From: an uncultured Alphaproteobacteria bacterium | GTDB taxonomy: Bacteria; Pseudomonadota; Alphaproteobacteria; Rhizobiales; Beijerinckiaceae | Direction: 5' to 3' | DNA: 64,000 bases | Assembly (NCBI GenBank): GCA_963721905.1 | Contig: CAVRMF010000002.1 | Span: 1,905-65,904 of the forward strand | Part shown: in pieces, positions 19,705 to 31,457 of the stretch | Layout of the letters: every line of letters begins with the position of its first letter | Position numbering within the stretch: position 1 is the stretch's first letter | The notes under the pieces: model-generated | What the model saw: only the letters and a program-made list of their open reading frames with translations | Databases searched by the model: none | What the model was told of the DNA's origin: nothing | Position numbers and translations under genes: made by a program

Positions 19705-21693
19705 GGATAGGGCGTACCGTCGCGCCACTTCCGCAGCGGCGCGCGCGTCCGCGGTGGAAATTGCGCCGTTGTTCGCCGCGCGCGCACTTTTCACGGCGTT
19801 GACGAGCGAGTCCGGGCCTTCGACCTCGCCGATTTCGCCCGACCCAGCGAGGCGGCTCCGCATCACGGTTTGGACGTCGTCGTCGGCGAAGGCGATGGCC
19901 TGCATCAGCGCGATCACTGGGCGCGACCCTTTCGAGCAACGTGCTAGCCGGTAGGCATTGAGAAACCGTTTGGCGTCGCGCGGCGAATGCGCCGCGAGCG
20001 GCGCGAGCGCAGTTAAGAGCGCCGTTTCTGAGCTCGATAGGGGCTCGACGAACGTCGTCGCGATCTTTGCGTCGACCGGCGTCGGCGCCGCCTGTCCGTC
20101 GCTGGACAGCAGCCGCGCAACGAGCCGCTCGCCGTCGAGGCCGATGCGGCCCGGCAGGTTGACGACGACCTGCAGCCATTTGTCAAAGCGACGGCGGGCC
20201 TCACTCGGGCCGCCGAGCGAGTGGACGAGCCTGGCTGGATCGAGGGCCAGGATTCCGATCGAGCCGGCTCCGATGACGCCGTGCGCCGCGTCAATCAAGC
20301 TGATCGCGGCGTCTGCCGTAAGCGCGCCTAGATTGTCGATGACGAAAACCAGCCGATCCGGCGCGTCGGCTCCCCGTCCGATGCGCTCGCCGAGCGCTGC
20401 GAGAAATGCCCGCGCGGCCGCTGCCGGGCCCTGGTTTGCGTCGAGGAAGTCGGGGCCCGGCGCGCGGGCCTGCGCCTTGCCGCCGGCTCGGCGAGCCGCC
20501 GCCTCGGCCACCTTGGCGGCGACTTCGGCGTCAGCGGACAGCGCAGCGACGCGCTGGTTGAGCCGCCCCAATCGCGTCTCCAGATCGCGTCGCCGCTCGC
20601 GCAGATCATGATTGAGGAGCCGCGTGCCGCGAAGCACGAGACTCGAGAAGCTAACCGCACGGAAAAGGTTCAGCGCGAGCAACAAAGCGCCGAGGATCCA
20701 TAACGCAGCGGCGAACCTTCCGAACCAGTCGCCATGGATGGATATCCAGTCGGCCACGGACTCGAGCTGTGGAGCGAGGCCGCGGATCGCCGTCACGGTC
20801 GTCCCCCTCTGCAGCATGTTGATGACGAAGCCGAGGACGAAGGCGACGATCGCCCAGCTGAGAAGGCGCCGTTGGCCGCGATAGGCCCAGACCGAACGCA
20901 ACGCCACTCCCGCGCGACCGCCAGCCCCCATGCTGGTCATATCGCGAACCAGATCACGATAGCTGACGCCGGCGTCTGAACCAGCGAGGTCGAAACGCCG
21001 GAGCCTGGAGTCGATCGCTCCCCGCCGCGCACGGGCGAAAACGTCCACGCGAGAGCCGGGCGTTTCGTAGAGCAGCGCGTCGGCGAGGCGGGCGCCGCGC
21101 GCCTCGCCCTCGTCGCGCTTTATGCGCTCGGCCTCGAGCTTGCGCACGATTTCGTCATGGCGGTCCGAGGCGGCTTTCGCCGCTCGCAAGGGATCACCGC
21201 CGGCATGCGCCAATTCGTCGAGCAACGCGGAGTAATCGACGCCGCTCGGTTCGCGGTCGAGCGCGGCATAGGCGGCGCTCGCAATTGCGACCGGCGCGTC
21301 GGCGCCGTCGGCCGCATCGATCCGCACGACAACCACTCGCCGAAGCGCGCCGGCCGACCCGCCTAACGTCTCGATCGCCTGGGCCAGGCAATTCAGGGCA
21401 AAGGTCTTGCCCGCGCCTCCGGGACCCACGACCGCAGCCAAGAACGGCGTCTGAACTTGCGGCGTCACGCAAAGCTGCGCCAGCGGCTGAACGACATGCG
21501 CGGTTTCGAGCACGTCGGCGCCGTCGGCGGAATCGGAGAGGAATATCGGCGCGGGGGATGTTGACGCCAAAGGCGCGGCTTCAGCGAGCGGCGCCGGGCG
21601 CGAGGTCGGTTCAGGAGGCGGCGCGGCTTGGAGCTTTTCCTTCAGGCCTCCGCCGAGCAGACGAATTCTTGTTCTCTCGCTGATCTCGGACAA
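19699..21693 (-). CDS. KAP-family-like P-loop NTPase with internal TM helices
   Basis: Walker A GPGGAGKT, Walker B LVFVIDN, central TM pair and coiled coil. Confidence 0.65.
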   Translation of the reverse strand: MSEISERTRIRLLGGGLKEKLQAAPPPEPTSRPAPLAEAAPLASTSPAPIFLSDSADGADVLETAHVVQPLAQLCVTPQVQTPFLAAVVGPGGAGKTFALNCLAQAIETLGGSAGALRRVVVVRIDAADGADAPVAIASAAYAALDREPSGVDYSALLDELAHAGGDPLRAAKAASDRHDEIVRKLEAERIKRDEGEARGARLADALLYETPGSRVDVFARARRGAIDSRLRRFDLAGSDAGVSYRDLVRDMTSMGAGGRAGVALRSVWAYRGQRRLLSWAIVAFVLGFVINMLQRGTTVTAIRGLAPQLESVADWISIHGDWFGRFAAALWILGALLLALNLFRAVSFSSLVLRGTRLLNHDLRERRRDLETRLGRLNQRVAALSADAEVAAKVAEAAARRAGGKAQARAPGPDFLDANQGPAAAARAFLAALGERIGRGADAPDRLVFVIDNLGALTADAAISLIDAAHGVIGAGSIGILALDPARLVHSLGGPSEARRRFDKWLQVVVNLPGRIGLDGERLVARLLSSDGQAAPTPVDAKIATTFVEPLSSSETALLTALAPLAAHSPRDAKRFLNAYRLARCSKGSRPVIALMQAIAFADDDVQTVMRSRLAGSGEIGEVEGPDSLVNAVKSARAANNGAISTADARAAAEVARRYALSL

Positions 21694-22002
21694 TCAATTC
21701 TCCTCAACGCCATTGCGCTTTGAGCCAACTGGCCCAACGCGTTTTTCCTTGGAATCGCGGCACAGTTACCATCGCCAAGTCGCCCGCAAGTCAAGCGCTT
21801 CGGGCAGGCTCGACGCCCCAGCGAGCCTCTACGACGCCTCGCCGCGGTCCGAAAAACCGCGCAATCCTCAAATTTTACGAAAACCGCTCACGGACCTTCA
21901 AACGATATTCTTTCATATGCCCGTCCAGCGGCGGGACGCTAGCCGTCCACCGTGAGCCCTAGGGCTTCGACGCGCGATGTCAGGCGCGTTCCGGTGAACC
22001 GC

Positions 22003-23223
22003 ATGTCGTCATTCCTCGCATATGAAGCGACGCATCACATGGGCAGTCTTTCCACGCCGCCGCAGGCGGCGAAACTGGCGAATTCGGGCATCGAGGCCGA
22101 TGTCGCAAAGGATCTGCAGAGCGGGTCGCTCAGTTACTCGGCTGACCTGTCCATTCTCGAAGACGCCGCCGTAGGCGGGATGACGGCGTCCAAATTCAGC
22201 ACGCTCCAGACTTTTGCCTCGGAGCTCAACACGACGGGCGGCATCAGCGTGTCGCCTTACGTGCAGCAAATCACGGACGACGTGATCTTCGGCAATTCGG
22301 CGAACGCCACCTGGAACGGCGGCGCAGCGACTGCGACCCTGCTTGGCAACCTCACCGCGACGTCGACGCAGCCCCAGGCCGACGACCTGATCGGCGAGTG
22401 GTTCCTCGGCACCAACCTTCCGAGCCTGAATCTCGCGCCGGTCGGCCAGGAGAACCTCAATCCGACGTACAAGGCCTCGACGCTGCCGCTCTATGGCCCG
22501 AGTGGGGGGCCGACATATCAGGACGTCAACCAGGGCTATCTCGGCGATTGTTATTTCCTCTCATCGCTGGGCGAGGTCGCGCTCAAGGACCCTTCGGCGA
22601 TCGAGGACATGATTTCGGGCAACGGAAACGGGACCTTCAGCGTCCGTTTCTTCGTCAATGGCCAACCGGACTATGTGACGGTCAATTCTCAGCTGCCGGT
22701 GATGGGGGGCTATGAATGGGCGAACGGCTCCCAGCTCGAATTCGCCAACGGCAGGACCGACGACTGGGTGGCGCTTGTCGAGAAGGCCTATGCTCAGCTC
22801 AACGCGCAGACGAACGCGCCCCACGGCATGGAGCTCAACAGCGCGTCGGATTCCTACGCCGGCATCACGGCAGGCAACGGCTCCGCCCTGACCCTCGTGA
22901 CCGACCAGCCCGAGACCGGCACAAGCCTGTACGCGAACGAGTCCGCGAGCGCGCTGGGTTCGATCCTGACGAGCCTCGCCTCGAGCTTCAGCGCGGGCGA
23001 AGAGGTTCTCATGTCGACGCCCTGGAATTCGGGCGGCAATCTCGTCGCCGACCACATGTACATGGTCACTGGCGTCAACGCCGCAACCGGCGCGCTCACG
23101 ATCCACAATCCCTGGAACACCGCTTACAGCGGCTCGCTTTCGATGAGCTTCACCGAAACCATCCAGCAGCTCGCCGCCAACAATTGCACTCTTTGGGTCA
23201 CGAGCGGCCGTCCCGTCGCCTGA
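22003..23223 (+). CDS. Calpain-like (peptidase C2) cysteine protease
   Basis: QGYLGDCYFLSSL (Cys), WVALVEKAYAQL, DHMY (His), IHNPW (Asn). Confidence 0.85.
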   Translation: MSSFLAYEATHHMGSLSTPPQAAKLANSGIEADVAKDLQSGSLSYSADLSILEDAAVGGMTASKFSTLQTFASELNTTGGISVSPYVQQITDDVIFGNSANATWNGGAATATLLGNLTATSTQPQADDLIGEWFLGTNLPSLNLAPVGQENLNPTYKASTLPLYGPSGGPTYQDVNQGYLGDCYFLSSLGEVALKDPSAIEDMISGNGNGTFSVRFFVNGQPDYVTVNSQLPVMGGYEWANGSQLEFANGRTDDWVALVEKAYAQLNAQTNAPHGMELNSASDSYAGITAGNGSALTLVTDQPETGTSLYANESASALGSILTSLASSFSAGEEVLMSTPWNSGGNLVADHMYMVTGVNAATGALTIHNPWNTAYSGSLSMSFTETIQQLAANNCTLWVTSGRPVA

Positions 23224-23372
23224 CCTTTCAACGAAGCGCGCACCGCGACCCCCGCGGGGCGCCATTGGGCCGCGCCTTGCGCCCCTTCGGGGCGCGGCCC
23301 AGCCAATCGGGTGGAGAGGGTCCGGCGAATCCGTGGTAAGGCCAGGCGTCCCTGCTCCATGGAGGTCGTCCG

Positions 23373-24759
<1,387 letters not shown>

Positions 24760-24902
24760 GGACGGGCCGCCATTCCCGCTCGCCAAACGTTGGATTCCAA
24801 TGATTTGCGGCGCCATTCCGGGCCGAACTATGGTTCAGCAGATTTTTGTTTTCCGACCGGTCCGAGTCGCAGGGTGGCGTTTCTTGCAGTTTGCTGGCCG
24901 CA

Positions 24903-24918
24903 GTGTTACATGTAACAC
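24903..24918. promoter_or_regulatory. Perfect 16-bp palindrome, likely TA autorepression operator
   Basis: GTGTTACATGTAACAC lies 25 bp upstream of the antitoxin ATG. Confidence 0.65.
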
Positions 24919-24943
24919 GTTTTCAAGCGGAAGGGCATGACCC

Positions 24944-25168
24944 ATGGCGTCTTCTGGTGCGGCCCGAGTTCGCAAGCGACGAGCCGCCCTTCGCGAGGCG
25001 GGCCTGCGACCGGTGCAGATCTGGGTTCCCGACACGAGGCGTCCGGGTTTCGCAGAGGAATGCCGGCGCCAGTCGCTGCTCGCCGCCGCGTCCGACCTTG
25101 CCGATGAAGACTTGGCGGCGTTCCTCGATGCGGCTCTCGGCGACGTCGAAGGCTGGACCGGTTCGTGA
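24944..25168 (+). CDS. MazE-like antitoxin (DUF3018-type)
   Basis: RVRKRRAALREAGLRPVQIWVPDTRRPGFAEECRRQS; directly upstream of the toxin. Confidence 0.85.
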   Translation: MASSGAARVRKRRAALREAGLRPVQIWVPDTRRPGFAEECRRQSLLAAASDLADEDLAAFLDAALGDVEGWTGS

Positions 25169-25169
25169 C

Positions 25170-25496
25170 ATGAGACGCGGCGATCTGGTGACGGTCGCGG
25201 TTCAGGGCGATTTCGGCAAGCCGCGCCCGGCTCTGATCGTTCAGGCCGACGCATTCGCCGAAAATGCGACGGTGACCGTTCTTCTGGTCTCGAGCGCGCT
25301 CGTCGATGCGCCGCTCTTGCGACTCACGGTTCAGCCGGACGCGGCGAACGGCCTGCGCCGGCCGTCGCAGGTGATGATCGACAAGGCGATGACGATCATG
25401 CGGACGAAGCTCGGCGAGGCCATCGGCAGGCTGGACGGCGACGCGATGATCGAAGTCGAACGGCGCATTGCGGTCTTTCTCGGCATCGCGAAATAG
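25170..25496 (+). CDS. PemK/MazF-family toxin
   Basis: MRRGDLVTVAVQGDFGKPRPALIVQ...SQVMIDK. Confidence 0.9.
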   Translation: MRRGDLVTVAVQGDFGKPRPALIVQADAFAENATVTVLLVSSALVDAPLLRLTVQPDAANGLRRPSQVMIDKAMTIMRTKLGEAIGRLDGDAMIEVERRIAVFLGIAK

Positions 25497-25506
25497 CGGT
25501 CCCACC

Positions 25507-26643
25507 CTACCTCGGCGCGAGCTCGGCGAGGAGTTCGTTGGCGGCGTTGCCCATCGTGAGCGCGGCATTGAAATCGAAGGCGTTGATCGCGACCATCACG
25601 GCGACGTCCCGCGCGGGGGAGAAGGCGACATAGGAGAAGATCCCCTGCAGGCCGCCCGCCTTCTGCAGGATGAGCGGCCGGTCGCCCTCGGGCGCCATGA
25701 TCACCCAGCCGAGGCCCATCGCGTCCATTCGTCCCGACTCGTCCATGCCGACGACCGATACGAGCCCGTCGCGCCAGAGATAGGCGGCGTGGTCGATGAG
25801 CCGCTCGGCGGCGCGCTCGTTGGCGAACCGGTCGAGGTGCCATCTGAGCCAGCGCAGAAGGTCGCGCGGGGTCGAATAAAGGCCGCTGGCGCCGACGATC
25901 ACCGGGCCGGTCGGAACGTCCGGCAGCGGGGCGCCGTCGAAGTCATGCCCCTGCATGAGGCGCCGGGTCTGATCGGGGGAGGGCGCGAAGCTCGTGTCAG
26001 AAAGCCCCATCGGTTTCAGCACACGCTCGGCGATGAGGTCAGGATAGGGCTTCCGCGCTGCGGCCGAGAGCGCGGCCGCGAGCAAATCGAAGCCGAAGTT
26101 GGAATAGAGGATCGAGGTCCCCGGCGTGAACAGGAGCGGATTGGCCTTGAGCCAGGCGGCGAAGGCGTCGGGCGTGATATTGAGGAACGGATTGTCTGGC
26201 GGACCGGGAGCGTGCGGGACCTCGCGCGGCAGCCCGGCCGAATGGGTCGCGAGATCGACGAGTCGGATCGGCCGCCCGCCCTCCGACAGAGGCGCGATGA
26301 ATTCGGGGACGTAATTGGTTAGCGGGTCCGCGAGGCTCACCACGCCGTCGGCCGCGAGGCTCGCGAGCAGCTGCCCGGTGAACGCCTTGGTGATCGATCC
26401 GATGCGGAAGAGCGTGTCGCGGTCCGGCGCGGCGTCGCCAGCGTTGGCGCGGCCGAAGCCCTGGATCGAGGTCTCTCCGTTGTGGACGGCGCCGATGACG
26501 AGCGCCGGGGCTTTCAGCGCGAGAAACAGCACCTGGCCGGTGAAGCCGACCGCCTCGTCGAGCTCGGCCTGGCCCGCCCGCGCATGGAGTGGCCACGCCA
26601 GCGCCGCGCCGGCGAGGAGGGCAAGGGCGTCGCGTCGGCGCAT
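25507..26643 (-). CDS. Serine hydrolase, AmpC/AmpH-like (DD-peptidase family), with Tat-like signal
   Basis: MRRRDALALL signal; SITK (SxxK), YSN and KAGG motifs. Confidence 0.85.
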   Translation of the reverse strand: MRRRDALALLAGAALAWPLHARAGQAELDEAVGFTGQVLFLALKAPALVIGAVHNGETSIQGFGRANAGDAAPDRDTLFRIGSITKAFTGQLLASLAADGVVSLADPLTNYVPEFIAPLSEGGRPIRLVDLATHSAGLPREVPHAPGPPDNPFLNITPDAFAAWLKANPLLFTPGTSILYSNFGFDLLAAALSAAARKPYPDLIAERVLKPMGLSDTSFAPSPDQTRRLMQGHDFDGAPLPDVPTGPVIVGASGLYSTPRDLLRWLRWHLDRFANERAAERLIDHAAYLWRDGLVSVVGMDESGRMDAMGLGWVIMAPEGDRPLILQKAGGLQGIFSYVAFSPARDVAVMVAINAFDFNAALTMGNAANELLAELAPR

Positions 26644-26654
26644 GACCACGGAGC

Positions 26655-27683
26655 TTACGTCCCCTTCCGTCTCCTTTGCCGGTACTGGTCGGCGACGACC
26701 GCCGCAATGATGACGCCGCCCTTGATGATCTCCTGGTAGTGGGCGTCGACGTTGAGGAAGGTGAAGCCTGAGGTCAGGATCCCAAGGATGACGGCGCCGA
26801 TCACGGTTCCGGTCAGGCGCCCGACGCCGCCCGAGAGCGACGTTCCGCCGATGACGGAAGCCGCGATTGCGTCGAGCTCGAAGCCCATGCCGACGCCCGC
26901 CTGGCCGCTGATCGCCCGCGCCGTGTGCACGATGCCCGAGAGACCCGAGAGAAGGCCCGCCATCATGTAGACGAGCACGATGTGGCGCTCGACGTTGATG
27001 CCGGAGACGCGCGCGGCCAGCGGGTTCGCGCCGATCGCGTAGGTGAACTTGCCGTAGCGAGTGTAGCGCAGCGCGATGTGGAAGATGAAGGCGACGGCGA
27101 GGAAGATGATGACGGGCCACCAGCCGGCGCCGATGGCGGCAAAGGAATCCTCGAGATTGCCGATCGGCTGGCCGTTCGTGTACCAGTCGGCGACCCCGCG
27201 CGCCGACACCATCATGCCGAGCGTCGCGATGAACGGCGGGATTTTCGTGTAGGCGATGAACCAGCCATTGATGAAGCCGACGATGAGACCGCAGATCAGG
27301 CCGGCCGCCACGGGAAAGATCGGATTGAGACCGGTGAGATTCGGATAGATCGCGTGGGTGAAGCCTTCGGTTTGCGCGAGGCTCGCCGCGATCATCGCCG
27401 TCATGCCGACGACCGAGCCGGACGAGAGATCGATGCCGCCCATGATGATGGCCTGCGTCACGCCGACAGCGATGATGCCGATCTCCGCTTCCTGCAGGAT
27501 CATGATCTTCAGGCGCAGCGGGTTCATGATGAAGCTCTGCCCGACGAAGATCCACCCCAAGACTTCGAAAAGCAGCATCATGCCGATCATGACGCCGAGG
27601 ATGCTGAGCTCGGGCGGCAGGCGGCGGCGTCCGGCGTTGGGGAGTTCGCTGGTCGGGGCGGCAGTCGAGATATCGTGGGCCAC
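26655..27683 (-). CDS. Sugar (inositol-type) ABC permease
   Basis: GGIDLSSGS, IPPFIATLG and ELDAIAASVIGG motifs. Confidence 0.9.
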   Translation of the reverse strand: MAHDISTAAPTSELPNAGRRRLPPELSILGVMIGMMLLFEVLGWIFVGQSFIMNPLRLKIMILQEAEIGIIAVGVTQAIIMGGIDLSSGSVVGMTAMIAASLAQTEGFTHAIYPNLTGLNPIFPVAAGLICGLIVGFINGWFIAYTKIPPFIATLGMMVSARGVADWYTNGQPIGNLEDSFAAIGAGWWPVIIFLAVAFIFHIALRYTRYGKFTYAIGANPLAARVSGINVERHIVLVYMMAGLLSGLSGIVHTARAISGQAGVGMGFELDAIAASVIGGTSLSGGVGRLTGTVIGAVILGILTSGFTFLNVDAHYQEIIKGGVIIAAVVADQYRQRRRKGT

Positions 27684-27715
27684 GGGTTGCGTTTCCTGCG
27701 TTTCAGGTCGCGACG

Positions 27716-29260
27716 CTATTGCGAGGCGAGCTCCATGATCTTGACCTGGTTTGCGTCCTTGCGGTCGACGATGCCGGTCATGCGCCCCTCATGCATGACG
27801 AGAATCCGGTCGCTCATGCCGAGCACCTCGGGCATTTCCGACGAGATCATCATGACCGCGACGCCCTGGCCAGCGAGCTCGCTGATGAGCTTGTGAATCT
27901 CGGCCTTGGCGCCGACGTCGATGCCGCGCGTCGGCTCATCGAGAATGAGAATGCGGGGCTTGGTCATCAGCCAGCGGGCGATCAGCACTTTCTGCTGGTT
28001 GCCGCCGGAGAGATTGAGCACGGGCTCCTCGAGATCGGGCGTGCGAACTCTCAAGCGCGCCTTCTGCTGCTGGCAGAGCGCCTCGATCTCGCGTTCCTTG
28101 ACGAAGCCGGCGCGCGCATGGCCGTGGCGCAGGAGCGCGATCTGCATGTTCGCCGTCACGTCGAGCAGGAGAAAGCAGCCGCTCTCCTTGCGGTCCTCGG
28201 TCAGGAACGCCATGCCGGCGTCCATCGCCGTGCCGGGGTTCCTGATTGCGATCTCCCTGCCGTCGATCGCGATCGTGCCCGAGGTTGCGGGCGTGACGCC
28301 GAACAGGGTCTCAGCGACGTTGCTGCGTCCCGAGCCGACGAGGCCGGCGAAGCCGAGGATCTCGCCCTTGCGCAGATCGAAGGTAATATCTCGGAAGCGG
28401 CCTTCGAGCGTGAGATTGCGCACCGAAAGCGCGACGTCGCCGATCGGGACCGTCTCCTTCGGGAACATCTGGGTGATCTCGCGCCCGACCATCTCCCGGA
28501 TGATGTCGTCACGGGTGACGTCCGCGGCCGCGTGCTCGCCGACGAAGTGGCCGTCGCGAAAGACCGACACCTCGTCGGCGATCTCGAAGAGCTCGTTCAT
28601 CTTGTGGGTGATGTAGACTATGCCCTTGCCCTGCGCCTTGAGCGTGCGGATGATCTTGAAGAGATGCTCGACTTCGCGGTCGGTCAGCGCCGACGTCGGC
28701 TCGTCCATGATGAGGACTTCGGAATCGTAGCTGACAGCTTTTGCGATCTCGATCATCTGCCGGTTGGCGACCGAAAGGTCGCGCACCTCCGCTTCGGGGT
28801 CGATGGGAATGTCGAGCCGCTCGAAGAGGTCCTTGGTGCGCCTGCGCATCTCGTCGTGCCGCACGAAGCCGAGCGCGTTCAGCGGCTCACGGCGGATCCA
28901 GACGTTCTCGGCGACCGTCATGGGGTTCATCAGGTTGAGCTCCTGATGGATCATCGCGATGCCATAGCGCAGCGCATCGAGGGGCGAAGTGAGCTTGATC
29001 TCCTGGCCCTTCAATTTGAACGAGCCGGAATTGGGCGTGTAGACGCCGGCGATGATCTTCATCAGCGTCGACTTGCCCGCGCCGTTCTCGCCCATCAGCG
29101 CGTGGACATGGCCGCGCTTCAAGCGGAACGACACGTCATCGAGGGCGAGCACGCCGGGAAAGGCTTTGCGGACGTTGGCGACCTCGAGCAGATATTCGGC
29201 GCCTGGAACGGCCCCGCTCTGCCGAACGATTTCGGCGGTCGACGGACTGATGGTCGCCAT
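27716..29260 (-). CDS. Sugar ABC ATPase with two NBDs
   Basis: [17 protein letters not shown] and [12 protein letters not shown] motifs. Confidence 0.93.
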   Translation of the reverse strand: MATISPSTAEIVRQSGAVPGAEYLLEVANVRKAFPGVLALDDVSFRLKRGHVHALMGENGAGKSTLMKIIAGVYTPNSGSFKLKGQEIKLTSPLDALRYGIAMIHQELNLMNPMTVAENVWIRREPLNALGFVRHDEMRRRTKDLFERLDIPIDPEAEVRDLSVANRQMIEIAKAVSYDSEVLIMDEPTSALTDREVEHLFKIIRTLKAQGKGIVYITHKMNELFEIADEVSVFRDGHFVGEHAAADVTRDDIIREMVGREITQMFPKETVPIGDVALSVRNLTLEGRFRDITFDLRKGEILGFAGLVGSGRSNVAETLFGVTPATSGTIAIDGREIAIRNPGTAMDAGMAFLTEDRKESGCFLLLDVTANMQIALLRHGHARAGFVKEREIEALCQQQKARLRVRTPDLEEPVLNLSGGNQQKVLIARWLMTKPRILILDEPTRGIDVGAKAEIHKLISELAGQGVAVMMISSEMPEVLGMSDRILVMHEGRMTGIVDRKDANQVKIMELASQ

Positions 29261-29441
29261 GGCGCTCCGTCCCTGGTGCTTGCCCGAATTCCCTTGCGGC
29301 CCTTCTCGAGGAGGGTCGTGCGATACCTAACACAAAATGCGGCGAAAGGCCGGAGGCGCGCATGAACTCGCCCGCCTCCAGCGCCGCCGCCTTCCCGCCA
29401 GGGTGAGCGGGCGGGAAGGCGCCAGCCGATCAGTTTGCCGA

Positions 29442-30371
29442 TCAGTTCTTCTTTATGAACTGATCCATGTTGGCCGGCGTCACAAGCAGGAAGGGGATAT
29501 AGACCTTCTTCTCGACCGGCTTGCCGGCGGCGAGCGCCAGAGCCGCGTCGACCGCGCCCTTGCCCTGGCCGGCGGCGTCCTGGAAGACGGTGACCTTGAG
29601 GTCGCCGGACTTCATCGACGCGAGCGCGTCCTGCGTCGCGTCGATGCCGCCGACGATCGCCGACTTGGTGTCCATGCCGGCCGACTTCATCGCCTGAAGG
29701 GCGCCGATCGCCATCTCGTCGTTGTTGGAGACGACGGCGTCGAACTTCATGCCCTTCGACAGCCAGTTGGTCATCAGGTTTTGCGCCTGCGTGCGATCAT
29801 AGTTCGCCGTCTGTTCGGCGACGACTTTTATGCCGCTGCAGTCCGGGGTCGAGATGACCTCGTGGACGTCCTGGGTGCGCTGCACCGCCGACTGGTTCGA
29901 CAACACGCCCTCCATGACGAGGATGTTGCCCTTGCCGCCGAGGAGCTTGCAGATTTGCTTGGCCTCGAGGGTGCCCGACTCGGCCTCGTTCGAGGCGACG
30001 AAGGCGGCCTTCGGACCGAGGTTGTCGACGTCGATCGGCTGGCGGTTGACGTAGACGAGCGGCACGCCGGCGTCCGCGGCGGCCTTGGTGATGGCCGCGG
30101 TCGCCGAGGTGTCGACCGGGTTGACGATAATCGCATTCACGCCGTTGGCGATGAAGTTCTGAACCTGGCTCAATTGCTTCGAGACGTCGTCTTTGGCGTC
30201 TTCGATCTGCAGCGTCACGCCCGGCTGCGTCTTGGCGTATTCCGCCATGCCGTTGCGCAGCACGGTGAGGAAGTTGTCGTCGAACTTGTCCATCGACACG
30301 CCAATCTTGGCGGCGAAGGCCGGGCTCGAAAGCACGGTGGCGGCGGCGAGCGCGATCAGAATGCGTTTCAT
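29442..30371 (-). CDS. Sugar ABC substrate-binding protein (inositol/rhizopine-binding-like)
   Basis: Signal peptide; FDDNFLTVLRNG, IIVNPVD and NNDEMAIGA motifs. Confidence 0.88.
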   Translation of the reverse strand: MKRILIALAAATVLSSPAFAAKIGVSMDKFDDNFLTVLRNGMAEYAKTQPGVTLQIEDAKDDVSKQLSQVQNFIANGVNAIIVNPVDTSATAAITKAAADAGVPLVYVNRQPIDVDNLGPKAAFVASNEAESGTLEAKQICKLLGGKGNILVMEGVLSNQSAVQRTQDVHEVISTPDCSGIKVVAEQTANYDRTQAQNLMTNWLSKGMKFDAVVSNNDEMAIGALQAMKSAGMDTKSAIVGGIDATQDALASMKSGDLKVTVFQDAAGQGKGAVDAALALAAGKPVEKKVYIPFLLVTPANMDQFIKKN

Positions 30372-30470
30372 GTCGGTTTTACCTCCCTGGTCGGCGCCGG
30401 TTGAGCGCCGTTTGGTTTCCTGTCAGGCCGCCGGCCTCCTTAGCCGGTCAGGCGCGGGCGACGCTCAATT

Positions 30471-30516
30471 GTGTAACAAACGTTCCAAAGACAATCAAGG
30501 ACGGAATAATCGTTCT
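30471..30516. promoter_or_regulatory. Two IolR-like boxes over the ABC-1 promoter
   Basis: GTAA-N6-TTCC (30473-86) and GGAA-N6-TTCT (30503-16); same layout as 34026-71. Confidence 0.6.
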
Positions 30517-30640
30517 AAAATTTTTCTGCGCCCGTCTCCCCGCCTTCTTTGCAAGGGGCGCGCTCCGTCATCCTTCGAGGCCGCAAAGGAGATGTCGCTG
30601 GGGTTCGCGCCGCCCCTTCCGAGGCGGCGTTGGGCTCCTA

Positions 30641-31441
30641 TCAGACCGTGCCGCCGAGCTCGCTGGAAAGTTGCTGCAGCTCCTTTCCGCCGGCCATCAG
30701 GTTTTGGAGATCGTCCATAGGGATTGCCGCCTTCGTGTAGGTGCCGAGGGTCTTGCCGCGATTGAGCACTGTGAAGCGATCCCCGACCGAGTACGCATGC
30801 CGCACGTTGTGGGTGATGAAGATCACTCCCAACCCCTTCTGGCGGACGAGATGAATGTATTTGAGCACCATCGACGTTTGCGCGACTCCCAGTGCCGAGG
30901 TCGGCTCGTCCAGGATCAGCACTTTCGCGCCGAAATAGACCGCGCGCGCGATCGCCACGCATTGACGCTCGCCGCCCGACAGCGTTCCGACGGCCTGATG
31001 CGGATCGCGCACGTCGATCCCGATCCTGTGCATTTCCTCGCGCGTGACCGAGTTGGCGAAGTTGAAATCCATTCGCCGGAACGGCGTCGTTCCGATCACC
31101 GGCTCCCGGCCCATGAAGAAATTGCGCGTGACCGACATGAGCGGGATCATCGCCAGGTCCTGGTAGACAGTGGCGATGCCGGCGTCGAGCGCGTCGCGTG
31201 GATTGGCGAAGGTCACCGGCTTGCCTTCGACGAGGTATTCCCCGCTCGTCGGACGGTGGACGCCCGCCAGCGTCTTGATGAGGGTCGACTTTCCCGCGCC
31301 GTTGTCTCCGAGGAGACAGTGAACCTCGCCTCCGCCAACCGACAGAGAGACGCCCGAAAGGGCGATCACCGACCCGAAATGCTTGACGATGTTCCGGACG
31401 TCAATGAGGGGCGCCGGCCCCTTCGCGCTCGCATCGCTCAT
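30641..31441 (-). CDS. Sugar ABC ATPase with a single NBD
   Basis: [16 protein letters not shown] and DEPT motifs. Confidence 0.9.
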   Translation of the reverse strand: MSDASAKGPAPLIDVRNIVKHFGSVIALSGVSLSVGGGEVHCLLGDNGAGKSTLIKTLAGVHRPTSGEYLVEGKPVTFANPRDALDAGIATVYQDLAMIPLMSVTRNFFMGREPVIGTTPFRRMDFNFANSVTREEMHRIGIDVRDPHQAVGTLSGGERQCVAIARAVYFGAKVLILDEPTSALGVAQTSMVLKYIHLVRQKGLGVIFITHNVRHAYSVGDRFTVLNRGKTLGTYTKAAIPMDDLQNLMAGGKELQQLSSELGGTV

Positions 31442-31457
31442 GATTTCCACTCCCGCT

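Noticed and set aside
10270-19954. Long antisense and alternate-frame ORFs over the RND operon (likewise over the ABC, mmsA and lhr genes)
   Set aside because: Shadow ORFs caused by high-GC codon bias; Arg/Pro/Ala-rich with no motifs
25507-27555. 682-aa ORF as a fusion protein
   Set aside because: The upstream part is an alternate frame of the permease; the real start is at 26643
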